From positions 2,542,001-2,606,000 of the forward strand of contig OZ237735.1 of NCBI GenBank assembly GCA_965178125.1: a stretch of DNA of 64,000 bases, read 5' to 3'. The first letter of the stretch is position 1. Each line of letters begins with the position of its first letter. The notes under the pieces are model-generated. The model did not search any database. It had not been told where the DNA came from and worked only from the letters and a program-made list of their open reading frames with translations. This document shows, piece after piece, positions 12,201 through 22,824 of the stretch. A program made the position numbers and the translations under genes. Source of the DNA: Bilabrum cf. latius. Its lineage: Eukaryota.

Positions 12201-15200
12201 CATGCTGCGACACAAATAAGTCCCGCTCTGTCCGCTGTTGCCGTGCTTCTCGCTACCACACAAACACGCGCTCTCCTCGCGCCTGCACAGTTCGTGCTCT
12301 GGGGTGAAGGGGCTCGATGTCCTCTGAGACTTGACTCATTGCCTCCCACTCGTCTGCATCGCTGCTTGATCTTCGGGACCCACCACCGCCACTCCGATGA
12401 GCTCTCGCTCCAACAGCGTTTTCTTCGTCTTCGTCGCTGCTATCATCCTCTCGCATGCGCGTCTGGGCCATACCGTGCAGCCGGTGCCACAGGCGCAGCA
12501 CTCCAGCAACGAGCGTCCCGCTGTCGCCCCCCTCGTCAAGATCTGGCGCCTCAGCATCGCGGGGAGGGCCCCGCACCTAAACTCCAGCCGAGCCTCCTGA
12601 CCTGTCCATCCGCTCTAGCGCACGGTCATGCGGCGGAGGCCCAGAGGACGCGGGGCCCATCTGGGCCTGGCCGCTGCTCTGTGCTCGCGCAACACTCTGT
12701 ACAACGTCGCCAGACCAACTAACCCGCAAACCTCGCTACGCAGCGCTGCTCGACTCCCCCCAGTCTTCTTCTGCTTCACCGGCGGCCACAGCAAGTTCCT
12801 GCCCTTCGCCATCCACCTGCTCCTGCTGCATCCCGTAACCGTGCTCCTCGTCTACCTCTAGGCTCCATTCGCTGCTGCTTCCACCAGAGCCAGCCTCGCT
12901 TTGCACCTCCACGTCCTCCACGTCTGAGGACGCGCTGGGCGATCCGTTGCTCGTGGCATCTCCATCACCGCCATATTCATCGTCTTCGCTGTCGTCCCGC
13001 ATGGTGGCGATCCCCGGCTCCTGCTAGATTCCTGTGCCACTCTAACCCAACCGAACGTCAGTCCGGGACTCAGCCGAACTCCCGCTGGCTGGCCCTGGGC
13101 GTCCCAGCGGAGATGCCACGCCCCGATCACTTGCTATGGGTACCCTGGCATGATCTTGATCTCGACTCTGTGCCCGAAGCATTTGCAGCAAGCCCTGGAG
13201 GCGGGCAGACAGGGCTGCCGAAGTGCCGGAGCCGAGACCGACCTGTTCCAGACGATCCGTGGACTACCTCAAGTCGTTGTACAGCCGAACAAACGTTTCG
13301 TGGTCTTCAGAGTCATGATGCTATGCCAATGGGAGCGGCGCGCTTGCGCTACTTCCAGCTCCGCTTGACGGCTGTCCACTCCGCGGTGTTGGATGACTCT
13401 GCACGGTCCGGCGAGAAGTGGATCCCTGCGTTTGCCTCGCTCTTTGCTTGACGTTCCTGGACCCGTGCGCGCCAAAAAGCCACAAAGAGTCGTCAGAGTC
13501 GGATGCCGGTCGGCTCACACCATCACAAGCGGGGTGGCTGGGCAGGGATCGGCCGAAATTGCCTTGACGGAAGGACCCACCCCGACCAAGCAACGGCTCG
13601 AGCTGCAACGCCCACCCGAGCAGGGCAGCCCTCCGCTACTGGGGCTCATTCACTCGGGTACCGTGCCCTCGATCGGGTCGCAGCTTGGACAACGCCATGT
13701 CCTCTACTGCACCCGTGCCACTGGCAGACTCTCGGAGAGCTCTGGTGGCAGCAGCGGCGGCATCCGCGAGCCTCGAGAATTGAGCAATGAGCTCTTGGCT
13801 CCCGCTCGCATAGGGAACGGACCGCTGTGCCGCTGTGGACTCAGGCACACGCTTGCCAGCTCCACCCGACGGAAGCGATCCGCGCGATGCTCCTGGCCTC
13901 GGGCCGCGAGACCTGTGTCGCAGCCTTCGGATTTCTCCAACAAGCGCCGCTGCGGCCTTGTCTTCTTCTTCTAGAGTCTCCAACGCATCTTTCATGACGT
14001 CGGACGACGCGATGCTGGATTCATCGGTCTCCACAGATGCGGCTCCCACGGATGCACCCGACTCTGACCACCCCCTCTCCCTCTTCCCCGCGGCAGAGCT
14101 GCCCTCCACGGCCCCGGGAACAGGTGCCAGTGGCTACCCCATGCCCTAGCTTGGCCCGTAGTTCTTGTGGCTGCCCAGTGTTGACCGCAGCTCGTAGCAT
14201 TGGAAGACAAGCGGCAAGGCATGGGCACCGGAGTACCGGTCCGCATCAAAAACAGACTGGTCCACGCCTGCTGAGAAGCTGGTGGGCGACGGTGCAAATG
14301 CGCCTGCATCGCGCTGCACTGCGCTAGATGTTGATGCGGGCGGCAATCCAATTACCCTCCTTGCTTGCTTGCAGTCGGTCTGCCATTGCGGCGTGGCAGC
14401 AGTTGCTTCTGCCTCCTCTGCGCCATCCATAGGAAGCTGTGCTGCTGTGGCCGAAGCCGTCGAGTCCTGGCTGTATACGCGGCGTAGGGGCTCTGGAGGC
14501 GGCGGCATACCAACTGGCGCGGTGGCATGAGGTCCATTCCCGTTCTCATCACTTGTACCGGTTGCTGCGTCTTGGGTTGATGCAATCGGAGCTTGTGGCG
14601 AGTTAGACTCTCCGGTGTTGAGGGCTGAGAGCTCTGGAAATATCTCGCGAACAGATTCGGGTAGATCAACGTAGGCATCGCCCAGCACGTCAGCTAGGCC
14701 ATGTAGCGCGGGCGGTCGCGGATGCTTATGATCAGCACCCCCTGCGATCACTTGCTCGAATCGGTCAAATTCAGCGTCGTTCAGCCGTTCTGTCGCCAAA
14801 TCTGTCATCCCTAGCTACGGCCCGCTGCCCGCCCCTTCCGACATGCTGCCACTGCCACTCACTGTATGCTCAGGAACTCCGATCAAGGAAGCATCTGAGC
14901 TTTCGAAAGCATCGCTGGATGATGAAGCTGCAGATTTACATTTAAAGCTGCTGCTATCTGCGATGGGTTCACCAACCACTGTGGGGGCAGCCTCCATGGC
15001 CAAGTCTCGCTGCAGGCAGTCCAGCGTGCGCGCGTACCCGTGGTGTAGGAGAAAGTCCTGCACCAGGCAGAGAGACACGGCGCGCGGCACCCTCGTACTG
15101 GTCATCTCCTGCGCGCGCCTCAGCTGCAGGCGGTACTTGACCTTGCCCAGATCGAAGGCCCACTGGGAGGGTGGGACTAGCTGCAGAGCGGTCCCGTAGC

Positions 15201-16140
15201 CGACCATAGAGACCGCTGGAGTTGCACCCGGGGCCATGTACGGGCGAACTGACGCTGCGGAGAGAATAGTAGTACAGTGACAGTGAAACGAGCTCGCACC
15301 GCATGGACAAACAAGGAACGACGATTATTTCAACCCAACTGAGCCGGGGCCGGCGGGTATTGCAGGCCCTGGCTCGACAAAGCACAGTAATCTCACGCAG
15401 TTCCCTCCCGTTTACAGTAAAAAAGACATCACCAGTACGCGGAATCCATCCGCAGCCAAATTTCATCCCTTCGACCGAACCATCGGCTTGGCGGCGGCCG
15501 GCATGCGAGCAGTAGCCCGGAACGGTGACTGGCTCGAGGATGCGGCTTCGGCCCGCGGCTGTCAGACGAGCCTACGGAGAATAATTTGTGAATGAGGTGT
15601 TTTCACGCGCGTGATTTGCCGTGAGCTTCCAGTATCGCAGGCAGCAAGTCGATGACATCTCGATCCCGTGCTGAGATGCGATGGGAAGCAGCAGGTCGGC
15701 GCCCCTTCGAAGCAAGCCCAGGTGGAACGTTCTGTGATCATGGTAACAAAACAGGAATTTGAATCAACAGGATGGCGGCAGATTTCACGGGCGCAACTCG
15801 GGTTCAGCAGACCCAAAGCGCGTCGCCTGCTTGGTGGCGGTCGCTCACGCAAACCGAATCGATCTGGGGCTGCCTTTCAAATCACAGTCTGGCCTTACCC
15901 ATCTTGACCTAGCTTCATGCAACATATTTCAAAGTACTGCACGCTGTCTGCAGGCGTGCCAGACGATATGTAAGCCACTGCAGCTGCATCGACCTGTATG
16001 GGCACCGCGCTAGCTCGACTAAGCTCAACGACACGGCAGTCACGGTTCAGCTGCAGTTGCGGGGCTAATTTGTTACGATTGAACATAGTTAATTGCGGCT
16101 ACAGATCGTCGATTCTGCGCCTCTTTGGCTCCCCAGCCAT
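9295..16140 (-). CDS. RanBP9/RanBP10 (Gid1)-like SPRY-LisH-CTLH/CRA protein with long low-complexity insertions (~2,200 aa, introns in the 5' part)
   Basis: ATG 16140 (MAGEPKRRRIDDL-TAG-PQLTMFNR). SPRY motifs YFEI, FGCGW...VFFTVNG, PAVSM...WAFDL; LisH LVQDFLLHHGYARTL; CRA-like PSVLERVCRQL. The last exon (~15255 to 9295) is one frame with about 20 TAGs, ending at TGA 9295-9297. 5' exon boundaries are approximate. Confidence 0.72.
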
Positions 16141-16405
16141 GCAGTTGCACTTGCTGGATTTTCTCGATGCTTGTGCGGATTACTTCGCGCTTCGAGACCC
16201 TTTGATCAAGCCAGCGAGAGAAACCTTAATTACAAAATTGGCCGCGTTGCACTTTAGCAATGACTCCGCAGCTGCTTCCTCCTGATAGCAGCAGAAAAAG
16301 GATAAATCAGAGTCGATATAACGTGTTGTTTCAAACAAGCGAAGTGTTGTTGAATCCATCCAGAGAAGGAGATCTTGTTGCTTGTTCTTTCAGTTTTTAC
16401 GCAAG

Positions 16406-17525
16406 ATGGCAAGCGCAGTGTCTGAGATTAGTGGTAATACACAAGAAATTGGGAGCAAATAGACTGCCTAGGCTATCAAGCAAGCTGCGGTGGAGGTCGA
16501 ATCTTCCCGGATGGAAACCGACAGTGGCTTGACTGAGCCGATCCACGACCTTGGAGGCCTTGTAGATGTGCTGGAGGATATTATTTATGAAAGTGATTCC
16601 GAGCTGAACCAGTCGTAGCGGTCTCGTATCTCATCAGCCTTGTCGTGAGTCGTTTGCTGTTTGTTGTCGCGTGCCGATTGTTCGAAGGCCGATTTCTATT
16701 CGCAAAGGTATCAAAACGAGAAACCTGCTGCATTTTCTGCCTCACAGGCTGTATGACGCATCAAGCTCGGACTGGCTTAAGTACTGCTTTTTCGAATCGC
16801 GTAAAAAGTACACCCGCAACTTGGTCTCGACCGATGATGAGCGCTACACGCTCATGATCCTTTGCTGGAACCCGAATAGCGTATCACCAGTGCACGACCA
16901 CCCTTGCGAAGGTTGCTTTGTTCGGGTGCTTGATGGCGCGATCCAGGAGACTCGGTACGAATGGCCGGAGAGCTGCGCGGGCCGGACGCGCTGCGCGAAA
17001 TGCCATGCATGCCCTGCATCCGCCGCAGCCTCGTCCCCCCCGGCAGGGACAGCCGCCTCGCAACCACCAGCACCACCGGCAGGCAAGGCCAAGGGCCCGA
17101 GCGCTTGCCCCTTGCGCGTCAAGAGCCGTGCGATCGCAAGATCTGGCGAGGTGTCGTACATCGACGACGATATGGGCCTGCACGCCGTGGAGGCCGTCAA
17201 GGGGGCGGCGTGCGACAGGGTGCAGGGGGCGGCGGGACCACCTCCTGGACTGCCTGCCCCTGAGGCAGCTGATGAATCTCGTGCTGCTGCTGCTGCTGCT
17301 GCTTTACCTGCAGGTAGTGGTTCTGGTGGCAGTGCGGATGCAGGTGGTGGCTCGACAGGCTCCTCGCAGCCCCCGCAGAAGTTGGAGGGGTACGCCGTGA
17401 CGATGCACCTGTACATCCCTCCGTTTCGGAGGTGCAGGGCCTGGACGAAACCGGAGGACTCCAGCCACGTGCTGGCCCCTGTTATGACCTACTACAGCGA
17501 GTTTGGGGAGGTCGTAGAGTACTGA
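16406..17525 (+). CDS. CDO1: Cysteine dioxygenase type 1
   Basis: Exon 1 16406-16644 (3 TAGs; alternative ATG at 16511), intron 16645-16747 (GTGAG...CACAG), exon 2 to TGA. Motifs YTRNLV, ILCW, HDHPCEGCF, GLH, MHLYIPPF match eukaryotic CDO (His triad plus the Cys-Tyr crosslink residues). Confidence 0.93.
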
Positions 17526-18257
17526 GGGGGTTGTGAGCTTGTTGTTCGGCGATCCGATTTTGGCGTGGTTGAGGCGCGCGGCGGGGCACCTTGGCCTGGC
17601 TGCTGCCGTTGGCAGCCGCATGTGTTGGTGCAGTGAGAGTATTGAGCTTCAATTAAAATAGATATTGCTGAAGTTATGATTTTCCATTCTTGAATGCATT
17701 TTGGCTGCGACCGCACGTTGCAAGTCCGTCCACTTGTCTTGTTGCGACCGCGAGCATTTCGTGTGATGACGAGCTCGATGAACCACCGACTCGCTCTCGG
17801 TCACCGCGGCAGAATCGAAGCATTGCGCGGGCAATTTTCACAAACTACCTGTGCAGACGCCGTCAAAGCATACTATGTCGTCTGATAACGACCAACCGCT
17901 CTGCTGTAAGTATGTTTTTCGGCTTACTTGACGTGCCTCGCGCTTGCTTCAAACACCACACGTAGGATACTGCCGGCCCATTTCTGCATCTGCTGGCATC
18001 AATCTTTCGCTAATCGCAGCATATGACCGGATCGGATGCATAAATATTACCGTCAAGCCCAAGCTGGACAGACACACTCACCACTGCTCGGTGAGAATTG
18101 ACCTGATCGTGCGCCAACCCACCGCCACGTGAAGGTCTTTTTTCAGCACATGCCAATTCTAGGGCTGATCAGCGGCTCTGTACCAGCCAGAAAGCAACTC
18201 AATCCTACTGATTCTGATATTTAATTTAGGCACATCGCTCGGAACTACACTGGGGCG

Positions 18258-21022
18258 ATGGCACTGGCACACGATACTAGAGCTGCCAGCTGGTCGCCAC
18301 GGGTCTGCCTACCTCCCAAAGTTGCACTTTGCGTCGAACCGCGGTTTCCAAAAGCGAAGAACTTGAAAATGCTTATCTACTTCCCCCGCACCGCAGGGGG
18401 TGCTGCTTACACTCTTTTTGCCCGTGGTAATCGTGATCTACATCATATCCGTGGCTGCAGAGCTTGACGTCAACCCTTTTGAAAATACCGCTGAGACATT
18501 TGTCACTAGTGGGCCCCGTACCGTCCAGATTATATGTGAAGCCCCTGGAGGCTGCTTGCTCGAGCGCCGGTACTCTTACAGCACGGGCCCGTCCCGCGAG
18601 TGCGCGCCGCCCCGTGCGTAAGTGAATTGCGAGCCAGGCTGCTCAGCACGAGCGATTTGCGGTCAACATGCGAAATCCCTTCTAACGCGTTGATACTCAT
18701 GTCGCAGGCGCGACGCGGGTGTGTGCATCCAGCTGCTGTACAAGCGTTCGCTGCGGCTTCCGATCTGCGCCAGCCCGGCCTCGAACGATGGCATCCTCGT
18801 GTACTGGAACCGCACCGCCAACGTGGCCGCCCTTCAACGGAGCAGCACGGCCACCTCACGACGGCTGAGCCCGCTGATGGAGGACCTGTCTGTGAAGTGG
18901 CACGAGGTGGACCGCGTGTCGTCGATCGAGGGGCAGGTGCACTGGTCGCAGGTGTCCCCGGTGCGCGCCCCCGAGGGCTTGTTCCCCGAGGCACCAGATC
19001 ACGAGGCAGCGATGGTCCATGAGCACAAGGACGAGAGCGAGCGCGAATGGATCCGTCGGCGGATGCTGGCAGCGGGAGCAGAGGCAGCCAGGCGAGCACT
19101 GGAGGCAGAGGGCGAGCACATCGAGAGGAAAAGAGCGTCAGACGCCGAGGCCAAGGCCAAGGCCGATCGCCAGCTTCAGTTCGACGATCCCTTCTTCAAC
19201 GATCCTCCGGGCTTTGATGATGATCCGGGCACCGGAGGCGATGACTTCGGCGGAGGCGGCTTCAACCCCCCACCTGGCGTGTCACCACCGCCGAATTTCC
19301 CCCCAGGTGGCCTGCCTCCGGGGACATCACCACCGCCGGGCTTTGATGACCCCTTCTTCAACGACCCTCCGGGCTTTGATGACCCCTTCTTCAACGACCC
19401 GAACTTCGCGTTCAACCCAGGTAAGTTGGAATCCCTGCGTGCACGCCCTGGCGCCTCTACCTCTCATGTGCCGTGCTCCTGTGACACTTTGCTGCTGTCG
19501 CCAGCAAGTCGCCAGCAAACGCCGGGTTCCGCCTGACATGCATCGCCGCGCAGGCTTTACGGACGACCAGTACGGTTCTGTGTTCAACCTCTCGCCAGAC
19601 GAGCTGGACATCTTCGGTAAGCAGTTCGCGGGGCCTGGCGGCTTCGGCGCCGGGTACGGCGATGATCAGTGGCAGCAGGGGCTGAGCCCGCAGTCGTGGA
19701 ACGAGTGGGACGACGGTGAGGCGCCCCCCGTGGAATCGAGAAGCGCGTTAAACGAGGCAAACAGGGAAGGGTGAGCACAACAACCAGCTGATGGGTAGCT
19801 GGTGCATTGGTTGCGCCCAATCACACCGGCTAGAGCACCCTAGAGCCAAGTGCGGCCTTGACGGCTCCCACCGTGCTCCTGCACCCGCCCCCACCCCTGC
19901 CCAGCACTCGCTCGCAGGTTTAGCACCGTGTACGACTACACTGACTTCAACCGGGGCCGTCCCACCGCGGAGGTTGGCATCTCAATCCGCTCCGAGATCC
20001 TGTCCCTTCAGGATCAGGCCGACGGCAAGAAGGAGCTGCTGCGGTCCGTGGGCGGAGTGCCCATCGCCCGGGGGCGGGTGCTGATCCAGCACCACTCCTC
20101 CTCCTACAAGGACGGCGGCAGCCTGAATGCCAACCCGGAGGGAGCCCGCCTGTCCTCGGGCTTTCTCGCCATCGCCACCGATCGGTCGTCTTCCTTCAGC
20201 AACGACGACATCAAGGAGACCCTGCAGCAGCAGAACCGCACTTCGTGCCTGTGGCGTGTGGTACGCGCGATCAACCGCACCATAGATGCGAGTGTCATCA
20301 CTGGGGGTGGGGGAGGCGGGGGCAACCAAGATGACGTGCAGATCGGTGGCTTGCACAACGTCCGTGTCCGATCCGCGGTCATTGACGAGCTGAACGACAT
20401 CAACGGCGACTACTCGATTGCGCAGGTGGTGCTGTCGGGGCAGCGGTCCAGTGGCACCATCGTGAGGCGGTCTTGGGAGTACATTCTGGGCGCTGCCGGT
20501 GGTTTCTTTACGATCATGATGGGAGCCTTCACCGGTGTGGCTGCGGGCATCCGCGCACTCGACGTGATCGTATGCGGCGGATCCATGAGCTTCGGGTCCA
20601 TCGAGCCCAAGAACGACAAAGACCACGGAGATAAGGACACCAAGAGCAAGGAGGGCGGCTCGAGCAAAGGCGACGAAGGTGATGATGAAGGCACCACGCG
20701 CGATGCCCCGCCCAGGGCGGCCCATGGACCCTCGGCATCGGCTGCCACGGCCCCTGCCGCGGACTCCAGCTCCGTGCACGGCGCCGGGGCCAGCATCGCA
20801 GGGATCTCCGTGGCGGGATTTAACGATGCTGCGGCCTCCTCGGCCCCCCACGACTCGACCGACGCCAAGGCCGGCTCTGAGGGGCAGAGGCAGGGGCAGG
20901 GGCGTGCCGGTGGCGGGTCCTCTGGCGGCCGAGATACAGGCGGGAGCGGCACGACCACCAGCCAGCAGGGTGCCGGCGGGGAGTCAGGTCAACAAGTAGC
21001 CGGGTTTGCCACCGAAGTATGA
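18258..21022 (+). CDS. Hypothetical two-pass membrane protein with a large luminal/extracellular loop containing FDDPFFNDPPG repeats; start uncertain
   Basis: Exons ~18397-18617, 18708-19420, 19554-19770 and 19918-21022 join in frame through GT...AG introns. TM1 GVLLTLFLPVVIVIYIISVAA; TM2 WEYILGAAGGFFTIMMGAFTGVAAGI; TGA stop. More 5' exons are likely in 17875-18302. Confidence 0.6.
19180..19400 (+). repeat. Coding repeat encoding FDDPFFNDP(PGF) x3 within a Pro/Gly/Phe-rich segment
   Basis: (T)TT(C/T)GA(C/T)GA(T/C)CCCTTCTTCAACGA(T/C)CC units near 19180, 19342 and 19375. Confidence 0.8.
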
Positions 21023-21290
21023 ACTGTCATGAAGAAGTATGAACTGCCATGAAGGTTGACGGGACGATGGTGTGTGTTTTGTGGAGGCTTACAGCCACTT
21101 GTCGATCCAAGCTCACCTAGCTGGTCGTCGTAGTGTCGCATGCTGGTGAGCTGTGTCGCATGACTTCCCCCATGGAAGCCGGTGCGCTCATGCGACACGC
21201 GGCTTTGCTCCACTTGCCGCGGCTGCCCGATTGTATCCACTTCCGGTTTGTGTCAAGCACCACACCGAAAAATTTCACACTGTTCTTTCA

Positions 21291-22640
21291 ATGGGATCAC
21301 AGGCACCTAGCTTGTTCTATTTTCTGCCTGAGATTTTATGTATAGTAAATATCCTTAGTGCCCTTGTTGGAATTGTTTGCCTCAGTGTCCGACGCAGAAA
21401 TGCGATATCAAAGTAGCGGCGATCGTTGCGTATCGTGCTCGCGGATATCCTTATATGCCACGGATTGCCAGTAGTATCTGCCACCGTGATTGGAACTAGC
21501 TTATCATTTGAAGATCTAGCGGCAAGGATTGACCATGCCGGCAATAGCGGCGCAGAGCAAGCCGCAGCTGACTACAATAGTGCAATGTTCAGGCTGACAG
21601 GCAGCACAAATCCTCATCAAGCTTGGATGCAACCAAAAAGTTGGCTGCTGTTGCTTTTGGCGGCACATAGCTCTTTCCATGTTGCTTTACTTTGGATACA
21701 GCGTATTTCCGTGTAGCTGGGGTTGGCGCCGATTCAGCAGTGCGCTCAGGAGATAGTGGAGCGTGCCGCAGGCCGCGCGTCTCTCGATTCGTCGCACTCT
21801 TCCTCCAGACCAGTGGCACAGTATGCCTTGCGACAGATCGAGCGGAACAGCGCAGAGGCAGTTGCGGCCGAGTCCGTCAGCAAGCAAGCGGTAACCTCAG
21901 TGAGTTGCCAGCCACACGATGCCGGACCAGACGGCGATATCGACAATACTACCATCAATGCCAACAAGACAGAGTGCGGTGTTGCTGTCCTCACAGAGGC
22001 AGACGCTGCGGCCGTTGCTGCGGACGAGGGCACCTTTATCCCAGCCGGTGTGCACTGCACGGTAGCACACAGCCTCCTGTTTCTGCTGCACCTGTCAAAT
22101 CTGTCGATTCTGCTTTTCGCACTTGTCTCCAAGCCCCCTTACGATGTTGGGATCGTGAGCGGGCGGCGGATAGTTGTGCCAATCGCGAAAATACCTCACT
22201 CGCTTGCCAACGAAGCGCCGCTGCTCGCAAGGGTTTTCATGATGCTGCCCGCCTTGCTGTGCGCTATCTCGGTAGCCAAAGGGTTGTACTTTGCTTCTCT
22301 GAGCAAGGCCTAGCAGTTAGATGCGCTCGGCAGCATGTGGCCCCCGCGAGGGGTGAGCAGAGGCGTGCTCGTCGTGGGCCGCCGGGGTGTCGTGGCGGCG
22401 GCAGCGTCGAACCAATGCGATTTGCGCGTGAGTGGGGACAGCTGGGACGAGCATCAATCAAAGCAGGTAGTCTTATTGCAGAAACTGCGACCCGAAGCTG
22501 GCACAGGCCTGCTAATCCGATCAGCGAAGCGAGCTGTGCGACATGGTCTGGCAGGGGCTACAGCCGAAACGATCGACTGGGGAAGCATATTTGCGCTGGC
22601 CTCGTTCTCTAGTGTTGGTATCGGAATGCTCGTTCTTTAA
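21291..22640 (+). CDS. Hypothetical multi-pass membrane protein (~449 aa)
   Basis: ORF-track pieces 21153, 21426, 21723 and 22335 share one frame joined by TAGs at 21414, 21714 and 22311; several hydrophobic helices; the first TAA is at 22638-22640. Confidence 0.6.
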
Positions 22641-22824
22641 AGCCTTTTTTTGTTGCTCACTATAGACCAGTTGCTTGTTGCGACCAACGGAACCGCAACA
22701 GGGCTGGTGCCGCCAACGCTATTATCACTGATCCTAGCGATAGTCGTGAATCGAATTAAGTCACCTCCAAACGATGATTTTCAACAAAGTTCACAAACCG
22801 AATTGCCGGCGCATCTCCCCTAGA

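Noticed and set aside
15895-15897. TAA at 15895 and at 47132 as gene ends or sense codons
   Set aside because: The first is part of a GTAAG donor and the second lies in the 3' part of an intron, so neither informs on the meaning of TAA.
17526-18257. Suppressor tRNA-Gln(CUA) or an independent gene in this gap
   Set aside because: No cloverleaf or T-arm motif was found here or in other gaps. The region holds splice-like signals, probably 5' exons of the downstream gene. One possible model needs an in-frame TAA at 18041, but the exon phases cannot be resolved without cDNA.
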